From Squalus acanthias (taxonomy: Eukaryota), in assembly GCA_030390025.1 (NCBI GenBank), contig CM059431.1, forward strand, positions 151,530,001-151,594,000: a stretch of DNA of 64,000 nt, written 5' to 3'. Position 1 is the first letter of the stretch, and each line of letters starts with the position of its first letter. Positions 1-13,580 of this stretch are shown here, piece by piece. The position numbers were made by a program, and so were the translations under genes. A model generated the notes under the pieces. The model did no database searches, was not told the DNA's origin, and saw only the letters and a program-made list of their open reading frames with translations.

Positions 1-3000
1 TGCGTATGGTGTTTCACAATGTATAAGGAACCTGCTAGGTGTGTTTGGGGTTCTGCAGTGTATCACGTTCCTGCCAGATTTTTATGGGGTATCACAGTTT
101 ATCCGGTACCTGCCAGGTCTGTGTGGGTTACACAGTGTATCAGGATCATGCCAGGAGTGTACGGATTTCAAAGTATATCAGGATCCTGCCAGGTATGTAT
201 GGAGTTTCAGAATGTATCAGGATTCTTCCAGGTGTATTTGTGTTTTACACTGTATCAGGATCCTGCCAGGTGTGTTTGGGCTTTCGCAGTTTTTCAGGGT
301 CCTGCAAGGTGTGTAAGGGGTTTCACCGTGTATCAGGATCCTGCCAGGTGTGTATGATATTTCACAGTGTATCAGGATACTGCCAGTTCTTTATTGGGTT
401 TCACAGTGTATCAGGATCCTGCAGGGTGTGTATGGAGCTTCATAGTGTATCGGGATCCAGCCAGGGGCATATGGAATTTTCCCAAAATATTATGATACTG
501 CCAGATATGTATGGGGTGTCACAGATTATTAATATCCTGTCAGTTGTGTATGCAGTTTGACAGTGTATCAGGATCCTGCTGGTTGTGTTTGGTGTTTCAC
601 TGTGTATCAGGATCCTGCCAGGTGTCTATGAGGTTTCACAGTATGTCCGGATGCTGCCAGGTGTGAATGGAATTTCACAATGTATCAGGATCTAGCTAAG
701 TGTGTATTTTATTTTCATAGTATATAAGGATCCTGCCAGATTTGTATGGGTTTGCACTATGTATCTGGATCGTGCCAGGTGAGTTTGGGGTTTCACAGTG
801 TATCATGTTCCTGCAAAGATTGTATGGGTTTTCTCAGAGTATCACGAACCTGCTAGGTCTGCTCAGGCTTTTACAATGTATAAGGATCCTGACAAGTGTG
901 TATTGGGTTTCACAGTGTATCAGGATCCTGCTATGTGTGAATGGCGTTTCACAGTGTAGCAGTATCCTGCCAGGTGTGTATGGGGTTTCACAGTTTATCA
1001 GGATCATGCCAGGAGTGTACGGATTTCAAAGTATATCAGGATCCTGCCAGGTATCTATGGAGTTTCAGAATGTATCAGGATTCTTCCAGTTGTGTTTGGG
1101 TTTCACACTGTATCAGGATCCTGCCAGGTGTGTTTGGGCTTTGCAGTTTTTCAGGGTCCTGGCAGGTGTGTAAGGGGTTTCACCGTGTAGCAGGATCCTG
1201 CCAGGTGTGTATGATGTTTCACAGTGTATCAGGATACTGCCAGATGTTTATTGGGTTTCACAGTGTATCAGGATCCTGCAGGGTGTGTATGGAGCTTCAT
1301 AGTGTATCGGGATCCTGCCAGGGGTATATGGATTTTTCACAAAATATTATGATACTGCCAGATATGTATATGGTGTCACAGATTATTAATATCCTGTGAG
1401 GTGTGTATGCAGTTTGACAGTGTATCAGGATCCTGCTGGTTGTGTTTGGTGTTTCACTGTGTATCAGGATCCTGCCAGGTGTCTATGAGGTTTCACAGTA
1501 TGTCCGGATGCTGCCAGGTGTGAATGGGGTTTCACAATGTATCAGGATCTAGCTAAGTGTGTATGGTATTTTCATAGTATATAAGGATCCTGCCAGATTT
1601 GTATGGGGTTGCACTATGTATCTGGATCGTGCCAGGTGAGTTTGGGGTTTCACAGTGTACCATGTTCCTGCCAAGATTGTATGGGGTTTCTCAGAGTATC
1701 ACGAACCTGCTAGTTGTGCTCAGGCTGTTACAATGTATAAGGATCCTGATAAGTGTGTACTGGGTTTCACAGTGTATCAGGATCCTGCAAGGATTGTATG
1801 GGGTATATCAGTGAATCGGATCCTGCCAGGTGTGTATGGGGATTTGTCTGTGTATCAGGATCATGCCAGAATCAGGATCTCACTGTTTATGGGGTTTATC
1901 AATATATCAGGACACTGCCAAGTGCTTATTTGGTTTCGCAGTGTATCAATATCCTGTCTGGTGTGTATGGGGTTTCAGAGTGTATCTGGATCCTGCCAAT
2001 TGTGTTTGGGGTATCACAATGTATCATGATTCTGCCAGGTGTGTATGGTTCTTCACAGAATATCAGCATACTGCCAAGTGTTTATTTGGTTTCAGAGTGT
2101 CTGAGGATCCTGACAGGTGTGTATGGGGTTTCGCATTGTATCAGGATCTAGCCAGGGGTATATGGGATTTTCATAGTGTATCAGGATGCTGTCAGTTGTG
2201 TACGGGGTTTCTCAGTGTATCAGGATCCTGCTGGGTGTGTTTTGGGTTTCACAGTGTTTCCGGATCCTGCCATCTTTTAAGGATATTACTGTGTGTCAGG
2301 ATCCAGCCAGGTGTGTTTGGGTTTTCACAGTGAAACAGGATCCTTCCAGTTGTGTTTGGGTATTTACACTGTAGCCGGAACCAGCAAGGTGTGTATGGCT
2401 TCCATAGTTCATCAGGATTCTGCAATGGGTGAATGGGATTTCACAGTGTATCAGCATCATGCCAAGTCCGTACGGGTTTCACAGAATATCAGGATCCTGA
2501 CGGGTGTGTATGGAGTTTCAAAATGTATCAGGATCCTGCCAGGTGTGTATGGGTTTCATCAGTGTATCAGGTTCTAGCCAGGTGTGTGTTGGATTTCCAT
2601 AGTGTATCAGGATCCTGCGAGGCGCTTATACGGTTTCACAGTTGTTTTGGATTCTGCAAGGTGTGTATGGGGGATCACAGTGTATCAAAATCCTGTGAGG
2701 TTTGTGTGGAGTTTCACAGAGTATCAGGATCCTGCCAGGTGTTTTTGGTGTTTCACAGTGCATCTGGATCATGCCAGCTATGTATGTGGTTTCACATTAT
2801 ATCGGGATCCTGCTAGGTGTGATTGGGTTTTCACAGTGTATCAGGTACTAGCCAGGTGTGTATGGGATTTTCATAGTATATCAGGATCTGCCGAATTTGT
2901 ATGTGGTTTCACAATGTATCTGGATCCTGCCAGGTGAGTTTCGGGTTTCACAGTGTATCAGGTACATGCCAAGTGTGTATGGGGTTTCACAGTGTATCAG

Positions 3001-3187
3001 GATCTTGCAAGGTTTGTATGGGGTATCACAGTTTATCGGGATCCTGCCAGGGCTGTTTGGGAATTTCACAGAGTATCAGGATCCTTCCAGGAGTATATGG
3101 GGTTTCTAAGTATATCAGGATCCTGCGAAGTGTGAATTTTGTTTCACAGTGCATCAGGATGCTGCCAGGTTTTTATGCAGTTTCAAT

Positions 3188-3946
3188 GGCCCAGAAATTA
3201 AACTGGGATATTCCCGCGGGGGTAAGGGTTCCCCGCGATATTGCACTCCGCGCCTACATTTTTGCTCCGGGCCCACACGAACTTTAGCTTCAAAGGCTCT
3301 CTCTGTCGGAACCGTGCAGTGCTTGCGTGACCCGGAGGCGCAATTAGTTTGTGCGAGCTCTGGGATCACGTGATTCAGTTAGAGCCAATGGCAGCACACC
3401 ATCTTTCATTCATAGTTTTGACGGCAAGAGCTGTCAAAGCTATGAATACTACAAACCCCCAAAAGAGCAGCTAAAACTCAATTAAATAAAAAAAAAATCA
3501 CATTAATAAAATAAGTCTAGTTAAATAAATTAATCACTTTAAACAAAAAAATTAATTTTTGAAAAAAATAAAAATCTTTTTAAAAGTTATAAAAATAAAC
3601 GTACCTTTCTTTACAGTCTCTAAAAAAGATAAACCTGTTGAAAATTTTTTTAAATAACACTTAATTAACTACTTACCTTGTTAAAAGGTGGTCCTACGAC
3701 TGCTTTCTTTGTGTGTAAAATCTTAACCACTTACCTGCGCGTTGAAAGCTGAAAAAACAACTAAGTGCTCTGCTTGCGCACAGCCTGTAGTGCGCACGCG
3801 GTTCACTTAGGAACCGCCCCCTTTTCAATTCAGGAAGTGCCGGTTTCCCGCGCATGCGCAGTGCATGCAGGAAACCGGCAATTCGGGATCCAATACGCGA
3901 GAGTACACAGTGCGTACTCTCGCGTATTAGGTTTAATTTTCGGGCC
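3188..3946. mobile_element. Non-autonomous TIR DNA transposon (MITE), copy 1
   Basis: Left end GGCCCAGAAATTAAAC, right end GTTTAATTTTCGGGCC (imperfect inverted repeats). Flanks AAT/ATT, AT-rich core, no transposase ORF, inserted inside a satellite monomer. Confidence 0.9.
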
Positions 3947-5328
3947 ATTATATCAGGATCATGCCAGGTGTTTATGGGGTTTCACAGTATATCAGGAGCC
4001 ATTCAAGTGTTTATTTGGTTTCAGTGCATTAGGATGCTGCCAGGTGTGTATAAGTTTTCACAGTGTATCAGGATCAACCCAGCGGTGTATGGGGTTTTCA
4101 TAGTGTATCAGGATTCTGCCAGGTGTGTATGGGGTTTCGCATTGTATCAGGATCCTGCCAGGTGTGTTTGGGGTTTCTCAGTTTATCAGTATCCTGCCTG
4201 GTGTGGTTTGGGTTTCACAGTGTACCTGGATCCCTTCTGTTGTGTTTGGAGTTTCAAAATGTATCAGCATCCTGCCAGGTGTGTATGTGATTTCTCACTG
4301 TTTCAGGATCCTGACAGGTGGGCTTTGGTTCACACAGGGATTCAGGATCCTGCCAGGTGTCTATGGGGTTTCACAGTGTATCAGGATTCTGCCAGGTGTG
4401 TATTGGGTTTTACAGTGTTTCAGGATTCTTCCATTTGTGTATTGGGTTTCACGGTGTATCAGGATCTGGCAAGGTGTGTATGGGGTATCACAGTGTATCG
4501 GGATACTGCCAGTTGTATATGGGATTTTCATAGTGTATCTGGAACCAGCCAGGTGTGTTTGGGGTTTCACAGAGTATCAGGATCCAGCCAGGTGTTTATG
4601 GGGTTTAACAATATATCAGGAAACTGTCAAGTGTTTATTTGGTTTTGCAGTGTATCTGTATCCTGTCAGGTTTGTATGGGGTTTCTCAGTATATCAGGAT
4701 CCTGCAGAGGGTGGATTTGGTTTCACAGTGAAACGGCGTGCTGCCAGGTGTTTATGGAGTTTCAGATGTATTAGGATCCTCCCAGTTGTGTCAGGGGTTT
4801 CACAGTATATAAGGATTCTGAAAAGTGTTTATTTATTTGCACAGTGTATGAGGATCCTGCCAGGTGTGCAAGATGTTTCACAGTGTATCAGGATCTAGCC
4901 AGGAGTGTATGGGATTTTCATAGTGTAACTAGATCGTTCCAGGTGTTTGGCGAATGTTGTTCCTCTCTTCAAGAAAGGAAATAGGAATGACCCTGGTAAT
5001 TATAGGCTGGTTAGTCTTACTTCGGTGGTTGGTAAGATAATGGAAAAGGTCCTGAGGGATAGGATTTATGACCATTTGGAAAGGGGCAACTTAATCAGGG
5101 ATAGTCAACACGGATTCGTGAAGGGTAAGTCTTGCCTAACAAATTTGATTGAATTCTTTGAGGAGGTAACTAAGTGTGTAGATGAAGGGAGAGCAGTTGA
5201 TGTCGTATACATGGATTTTAGTAAGGCGTTTGATAAGGTTCCACATGGTCGTCTCATGAAGAAAGTAAGGAGTTGTGGGATAGAGGGAAATTTGGCCGAT
5301 TGGATAAGTAACTGGCTATCTCATAGAA

Positions 5329-5542
5329 TTGAGAGGTCGCACAACACCAGGTTATAGTCCAACAGTTTTATTTGAAATCACAAGCTTTCGGAACTATCGC
5401 TCCTTCCTCAGGTGAAGTAAATTGGATACAGAATCGTCAGAGCATATATAGATGGAAAAAAAAGCATGTGTACTTTACAATTGCAGACCAATAAATTAAA
5501 TCATCCTGACTATCTGCCGAGGTGTGATAAAGTTAATTAAGA
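5329..5542 (-). mobile_element. Short Penelope-like terminal-repeat (pLTR) insertion
   Basis: First ~90 nt match the pLTR at 39197-39285. Perfect 12-bp TSD TATCTCATAGAA (5317-5328 / 5543-5554) within the CR1 ORF. Confidence 0.88.
5378..5415 (-). ncRNA. Minimal type I hammerhead ribozyme motif
   Basis: Minus strand UCAC-CUGAGGA-A-GGAGC-GAUA-GUUCC-GAA-AGCU-U-GUGA: conserved core boxes, stem I UCAC/GUGA, stem II with one G-U pair, palindromic stem III. Confidence 0.75.
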
Positions 5543-8500
5543 TATCTCATAGAAGGCAGAGGGTGGTGGTGGATGGAACATTTTCGGACTGGAGACCAGT
5601 TACCAGCGGTGTGCCACAGGGTTCGGTGCTGGGTCCTCTGCTGTTTGTGATTTTTATCAATGACTTGGAGGAGGGGACTGAAGGGTGGAGCAGTAAATTT
5701 GCTGATGACACCAAGTTTGGTGGAGTAGTGGATGAGGTGGAGGGCTGTTGCAGGCTGCAAAGAGACATTGATAGGATGCAGAGCTGGGCCGATAAATGGC
5801 AGATGGAATTTAACCCTGATAAGTGCGAGGTGATTCATTTTGGTAGGGCAAATGTGAATAAGGATTACAGGGTCAACGGCAGGGTTCTGAGGAACGTGGA
5901 GGAGCAGAGGGATCTGGGGGTTTATATCCACAGATCTCTGAAGGTTGCCACTCAAGTGGATAGAGCAGTAAAGAAGGCCTATGGTGTGTTGGCGTTTATT
6001 AACAGAGGGTTTGAGTTTAAGAAACGTGAGGTTATGCTGCAACTGTACAGGATCTTGGTGAGACCACATTTGGAATATTGTGTGCAGTTCTGGTCACCTC
6101 ACTATAGGAAGGACGTGGAAGCATTGGAAAGAGTGCAAAGGAGATTTACCAGGATGCTGCCTGGTTTGGGGGGCAGGTCTTATGAGGAAAGATTGAGGGA
6201 GTTGGGGCTTTTCTCTTTAGAGTGGAGGAGGATGAGAGGCGACTTAATAGAGGTTTATAAGATGATGAGGGGGATAGATAGAGTGGATGTTCAGAGACTA
6301 TTTCCTCGGGTAGAGGCAGCTGTTAAAAGGGGGCATAGCTATAAGGTGCATGGGGGGAGATTTAGAAGGGATGTCCGAGGTAGATTCTTTACTCAGAGAG
6401 TGGTTGGGGTGTGGAATGGACTGCCTGCTGTGATAGTGGAGTCGGAAACTTTAGGAACTTTCAAGCGGTTATTGGATAAGCACATGGAGCACACCAGAGT
6501 GACAGGGAGTGTGATAGCTTGATCTTGGTCTCGGACAATGGTCGGCACAACATCGAGGGCCGAAGGGCCTGTAGTGTGCTGCACTGTTCTATGTTCTATG
6601 TTCTAGATCGTCCCAGGTGAGTTTGGGGTTTCACAGTGTATCAGGATCCTACCAGGTGTGTTTGGGGTTTCGCAGTGTATCAAGATCCTACTAGATGTGT
6701 ATGGGGTTTATCAGTGTACCAGAATCTAGCCAGGGGTGTATTGGATTTTCATAGTGTATCAGGATCCTGCCAAGTGTTTATGGGGTTTCACTATTTATCA
6801 GGATCCTGCAAGGTGTGTATGGAGTATCATAGTGTATCGGGATCCTGCCAGGGGTTTATGGGATTTTCAAAGAATATTTTGATCCTGCCAGGGGGTTCAC
6901 AGTATATCAATATCCTGTGAGGTTTGTATGGAGGTTCACACTGTATCAGGATCCTGCCAGGTTTGTTTGGGCTTTCGCTGTTTTTCAGGGTCCTGCCAGG
7001 TGTGTGTGGGGTTTCACAGTGTATCAGGATCCTAACAGGTGTTTATGGGGGTTCACAGTGTATCAGGATCCTGCAGGGTGTATATGGAGTTTCACAGTGT
7101 GTCGGGATCCTGCCAGGGGTATATGGAATTTTCACAGAATATTATGATGCTGCCAGATGTGTATGCGGGTCAAAGAGTATCAATATCCTGTGAGGTGTGT
7201 ATGCAGTTTCGCAGTGTATCAGGATCCTGCTGGTTGTGTTTGGTGTTTCACAGTGTATCAGGATCCTGCCAGGTGTCTATGAGGTTTCACTGTATGTCCG
7301 GATCCTGCCTGGTGTGAATGGGGTTTCACAATGTATCAGGATCTAGCTAGGTGTGTATTGTACTTTCATAGTATATCAGGATCTGCCAGATATGTATAGG
7401 GTTTCACTATATATCTGTATCGTGCCAGGTGAGTTTGGGGTTTCACAGTGTATCATGTTCCTGCCAAGATTGTATGTGGTTTCTCAGAGTTTCACGAACC
7501 TGCTAGGTGTGCTTAGGCTTTTACAATGTATCATGATCCTGCCAGGTGTTTATTGGTTTCACAGTGTATCAGGATCCTGCAAGGTTTGTACGGGGTATAT
7601 CAGTGAATCGGATCCTGCCAGGTGTGTATGGGAATTTTACAGTATATCAGGATACTGCCAGGATCAGGATCTCACTGTTTATGGGGTTTAACAATATATC
7701 AGGACACTGCCAAGTGCTTATTTAGTTTCGCAGTGTATCAAGATCCTGCCAGGTGTGAATGGGGTTTCAGAGTTTATCAGGATCCTGCCAATTGTGTTTG
7801 GAGTTTCACAATGTATCAGTTTTCTGCCAGGTGTGTATGGTGTTTCACAGAATATCAGGATACTGCCAAGGGTTTATTTGGGTTTAGAGTGTCTGAGGAT
7901 CCTGACAGGTGTGTATGTGGTTTCACATTGTATCAGGATCTGGACAGGCGTGTATGGGATTTGCATAGTATATCAGGATGCTGCCAGATGTGTATGGGGT
8001 TTCTCAGTGTATCAGGATCCTGCTAGGTGTGTTTGGGGTTTCACAGTGTTTCAGGATCCTGCCATGTTTTAAAGATTTGACTGTGTGTCAGGATCCTGCC
8101 AGGTGTGTATGGGTTCCATCAGTGTATCAGGTTCTAGCCAGGTGTGTGTTGGATTTCCATAGTGTATCAGGATCCTGCCAGGCGTTTATACGGTTTCACA
8201 GTTGTTTTGGATTCTGCAAGATGTGTATGGGGGATCACAGTGTATCAAAATCCTGTGAGGTTTGTGTGGAGTTTCACAGTGTATCTGGATCATGCCAGCT
8301 ATGTATGTGGTTTCACATTATATCGGGATCCTGCTAGGTGTGATTGGGGTTTCACAGTGTATCAGGTACTAGCCAGGTGTGTATGGGATTTTCATAGTAC
8401 ATCAGGATCTGCCGAATTTCTATGTGGTTTCACAATGTATCTGGATCCTGCCAGGTGAGCTTCGGGTTTCACAGTGTATCAGGTTCGTGCCAAGTGTGTA

Positions 8501-8708
8501 TGGGGTTTCACAGTGTATCAGGATCCTGCAAGGTTTGTATGGGGTATCACAGTGTATCGGGATACTGCCAGGGCTGTATGGGAATTTCCAGAGTATCAGG
8601 ATCCTTCCAGGAGTGTATGGGGTTTCTAAATATATCAGGATCCTGCCAAGTGTGAATTTGTTTCACAGTGCATCAGGATGCTGCCAGGTTTTTATGGGGT
8701 TTCACAAT

Positions 8709-9472
8709 GGCCCAGAAATTAAACTGTGATGGTACCCGCGGGGGTTAGGATTCCCCGCGATATCGAACTCCGCGCCGACATTTTTGCTCCGGGCCCACAC
8801 GAACTTTAGCTTCAAAGGCTCTCTCTGTTGGAACCGTGCAGTGCTTGCGTGCACCGGAGGCGCAATTATTTTGTGCGAGCTCTGGGATCACGTGATTCAG
8901 TTAGAGCCAATGGCAGCACACCATTTTTCATTCATAGTTTTGACGGCCAGAGCTGTCAAAGCTATGAATACTACAAACCCCCAAAAGAAAAGCTAAACCT
9001 CAATTATTTTTTTTAAAAATCCATCACATTAATAAAATAAGTATAGTTAAATAAATTAACTACTTTAAACAAAAAATTAAATTATTGAAAAAATGTCAAA
9101 TCTTTTTAAAAGATATAAAAATAAACGTACCTTTCATTAAAGTCTCTAAAAAAGATAAACCTGTTGAAAATTTTTTAAAATAATACTTAATTAACTACTT
9201 ACCTTGTTAAAAGGGGGTCCTACGACTGCTTTCTTTGTGTGTAAAATCAATACCACTTACCTGCGCGTTCAAAGCTGAAAAAACAACTAAGTGCACTGCT
9301 TGCGCACAGCCTGCAGTGCGCACGCGGTTCACTTAGGAACCACCCCCTTTTCAATTCACGAAGTGCCGGTTTCCCGCGCATGCGCAGTGCATGCAGGAAA
9401 CCGGCAATTCGGTATCTAATACGCGAGAGTACACAGTGCGTACTCTCGCGTATTAGGTTAAATTTTCGGGCC
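8709..9472. mobile_element. MITE copy 2 (duplicated with flanking satellite)
   Basis: Same TIRs, interior and AAT/ATT flanks as 3188-3946, with the same neighbouring monomer variants. Confidence 0.9.
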
Positions 9473-12400
9473 ATTATATGAGGATCATGCCAGGTTGTTA
9501 TGGGGTTTCACAGTATATCAGGATCCATTCAAGTGTTTATTTGGTTTCAGTGCATTAGGATCTCGCCAGGTGTGTATGGGGTTTCACAGTATATCAGGAC
9601 CCTATCAAGTGTTTATTTGGTTTCAGTGCATTAGGATCTCGCCAGGTGTGTATGGGGTTTCACAGTATATCAGGATCCTATCAAGTGTTTATTTGGTTTC
9701 AGTGCATTAGGAACCTGCCAGGTGTGTATACGTTTTCACAGTGTATCAGGATCAAGCCAGCGGTGTATGGGGTTTTCATAGTGTATTAGGATTCTGCCAG
9801 GTGTGTATGCGGTTTTGCATTTTATCAGGATCCTGCCAGGTGTGTTTGGGGTTTATCAGTTTATCAGTATCCTGCCTGGTGTGGTTTGGGTTTCACAGTG
9901 TATCTGGATCCCTTCTGTTGTGTTTGGGATTTCAAAATCTATCAGCATCCTGCCAGGTGTGTGTGGGTTTTCTCACTGAGTCAGGATCCTGACAGGTGGG
10001 CTTTGGTTCACACAGGGATTCAGGATTCTGACAGATGTGTATTGGGTTTTACAGTGTTTCAGGATTCTTCCATTTGTGTATTGGTTTCACGGTGTGTCAG
10101 GAACTGGCAAGGTGTGTATGGGGTATCACAGTGTATCGGGATACTGCCAGCTGTGTATGGGATTTTCATAGTGTATCTGGAACCAGCCAGGTGTGTTTGG
10201 GTTTCACACTGTATCAGGATCCTGACAGGTGTGTTTGGGGTTTTGCAGTGTTTTAGGTTTCTGCCAGGTGTGTATGGGGTTTCACAGTTTATCTGGATCC
10301 TGCCAGGATTTTATGGGATTTCACAGTGCATCAAGATCCTGCTAGGTGTGCTTGAGGTTTTACAATGTATCAGGATCCTGCCATGTGTGTATTGGATTTC
10401 TCAGTGTAACGGAATCCTGCCAGGCGTGTATGTGATTTTCACAGAGTATCAGGATACAGCCATGTGTTTATGGGGTTTAACAATATATCAGGAAACTGTC
10501 AAGTGTTTATTTCGTTTCGCAGTGTATCTGTATCCTGCCAGGTTTGTATGGGGTTTCTCAGTATATCATGATCCTGCAGAGGGTGAATTTGGTTTCACAG
10601 TGAAACGGCGTGCTGCCAGGTGTTTATGGAGTTTCAGAATGTATTAGGATCCTCCCAGTTGTGTTTGGGATTTCACAGTATATCAGGATTCTGACAAGTG
10701 TTTATTTATTTTCACAGTGTATGAAGATCCTGCCAGGTGTGCATGATGTTTCACAGTGTATCAGGATCTAGCCAGGGGTGTATGGGATTTTCATAGTGTA
10801 ACTAGATCGTTCCAGGTGTGTTTGGGGTTTCACAGAGTATCAGGATCCAGCCAGGTGTTTATGGGGTTTAACAATATATCAGGAAACTGTCAAGTGTTTA
10901 TTTGGTTTTGAAGTGTATCTGTATCCTGCCAGGTTTGTATGGGGTTTCTCAGTATACCAGGATCATGAAGAGGGTGAATTTGGTTTCAAAGTGAAACGGC
11001 GTGCTGCCAGGTGTTTATGGAGTTTCAGAATGTATTAGGATCCTCCCAGTTGTGTCAGGTGTTTCACAGTATATCAGGATTCTGACAAGTGTTTATTTAT
11101 TTTCACAGTGTATGAGGATCCTGCCAGGTGTGCATGATGTTTCACAGTGTATCAGAATCTAGCCAGGGGTGTGTGGGATTTTCATCGTGTAACTAGATCG
11201 TTCCAGGTGTGTTTGGGGTTTCACAGTGTATAAAGATCCTCCCAGGTGTGTTTGGGGTTTCGCAGTGTTTCAAGATCCTACCAGATGTGTATGGGGTTTA
11301 TCAGTGTACCAGAATCTAGCCAGGGGTGTTTTGGATTTTCATAGTGTATCAGGATCCTGCCAGGTGTTTATGGGGTTTCACTATTTATCAGGATCCTGCA
11401 AGGTGTGTATGGAGTATCATAGTGTATCGGGATCCTGCCAGGGGTTTATGGGATTTTCACAGAATATTATGATCCTGCCAGGGGGATCACAGTGTATCAA
11501 TATCCTGTGAGGTTTGTATGGAGATTCACACTGTATCAGGATCCTGCCTGGTTTGTTTGGGCTTTCGCAGTTTTTCAGGGTCCTGCCAGGTGTTTATGGG
11601 GTTTCACAGTGTATCAGGATCCTAACAGCTGTTTATGGGGGTTCACAGTGTATCAGGATCCTGCAGGGTGTATATGGAGTTTCATAGTGTGTCGGGATCC
11701 TGCCAGGGGTATATGGAATTTTCACAGAATATTATGATGCTGCTAGATTTGTATGGGGTGTCACAGAGTATCAATATCCTGTGAGGTGTGTATGCAGTTT
11801 CGCAGTGTATCCGGATCCTGCTGGTTGTTATTGGTGTTTCGCAGTGTATCAGGATCCTGCCAGGTGTCTATGAGGTTTCACAATATGTCCGGATCCTGCC
11901 TGGTGTGAATGGGGTTTCACAATGTTCAGGATCTAGCTAGTTGTGTATTGTACTTTCATAGTATATCAGGATCTGCCAGATATGTATAGGGTTTCACTAT
12001 ACATCTGTATCGGGGGTATTGGTGTTTCGCAGTGTATCAGGATCCTGCCAGGTGTCTATGAGGTTTCACAATATGTCCGGATCCTGCCTGGTGTGAATGG
12101 GGTTTCACAATGTTCAGGATCTAGCTAGTTGTGTATTGTACTTTCATAGTATATCAGGATCTGCCAGATATGTATAGGGTTTCACTATACATCTGTATCG
12201 TGCCAGGTGAGTTTGGGGTTTCACAGTGTATCATGTTCCTGCCAAGATTGTATGTGGTTTCTCAGAGTTTCACGAACCTGCTAGGTGTGCTTAGGCTTTT
12301 ACAATGTATCAGGATGCTGCCAGGTGTTTATTCGGCTTCACAGTGTATCAGGATCCTGCAAGGTTTGTATGTGGTATCACAGTGAACAGGATCCTGCCAG

Positions 12401-13539
12401 GTGTGTATGGGAATTTGACAGTATATCAGGATACTGCCAGGATCAGGATCTGTCTGTTTATGGGGTTTAACAATATATCAGGACACTGCCAAGTGCTTAT
12501 TTGGTTTCGCAGTGTATCAAGATCCTGCCAGGTGTGTATGGGGTTTCAGAGTGTATCAGGATCTTGCCAATTGTGTTTGAGGTTTCACAATGTATCAGGT
12601 TTCTGCCAGGGGTGTATGGTGTTTCACAGAATATCAGGATACTGCCAAGTGTTTATTTGGGTTTAGAGTGTCTGAGGATCCTGCCAGGTGTGTATGTGGT
12701 TTCACATTGTATCAGGATCTAGCCAGGGTCATATGGGATTTGCATAGTATATCAGGATGCTGCCAGATGTGTATGGGGTTTCTCAGTGTATCAGTATCCT
12801 GCTTGGGGTTTTTGGGGTATCACAGTTTTTCAGGATACTGCCATGTTTTAAAATTTTACTGTGTGTCAGGATCCTGCCAGGTGTGTATGGGGTTTCACAC
12901 TGAATCAGGATCCTTCCAGGTGTGTTTGGGTATTTGCAGTGTAGCCGGAACCTTCAAGGTGTTTATGGATTCCATCGTGCATCAGGATCCTGCAATGTGT
13001 GAATGGGGTTTCACAGTGTATCAGCATCATGCCAGGTTTGTACGGGTTTCGCAGAATATCAGGATCCTGCCAGGTGTGTATGGAGTTTCAGAATGTATCA
13101 GGATCCTAAAAGGTGTGTTTGGGGTTTCACAGTGTATCAGGATCCTGCCAGGTGTGTATGGGTTGTATCAGTGTATCAGGTTCTAGCCAGGTGTCTGTTG
13201 GATTTCCATAGTTTATCAGGATCCTGCCAGGCGTTTATACGGTTTCATAGTTTATTAGGATCCTGCAAGGTGTGTACGGGGGACCACAGTGTTTCAATTT
13301 CCTGTGAGGTTTTTATGGAGTTTCACAGTGTATCAGGATCCTGCCAGGTGTGTTTGGTGTTTCACAGTGTATCTGGATCATGCCAGCTATGTATGTGGTT
13401 TCACATTATATCTGGATCCTGCTAGGTGTGATTGGGGTTTCACAGTGTATCAGGTATTAGCCAGGTGTGTATGGGATGTTCATAGTATATCAGGATCTGC
13501 CGAAATTGTATGGGGTTTCACAATGTATCTGGACCATAA

Positions 13540-13580
13540 AATGAGAAGTCTCACAACACCAGGTTATAGTCCAACAGTTT
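13540..13580 (-). mobile_element. ~40-bp remnant of Penelope pLTR end
   Basis: ATGAGAAGTCTCACAACACCAGGTTATAGTCCAACAGTTT matches the pLTR terminus and rejoins the satellite at GTTT microhomology. Confidence 0.8.

Larger units (their letters stand above)
4946..6602 (+). mobile_element. 5'-truncated CR1 LINE (RT domain plus 3' UTR), split by a Penelope-derived insert
   Basis: ORFs 4947-5357 and 5524-6522 carry CR1 RT motifs ([34 protein letters not shown]). (TTCTATG)n tail. 17-bp TSD CTAGATCGT(T/C)CCAGGTG at 4929-4945 and 6603-6619. Confidence 0.95.
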
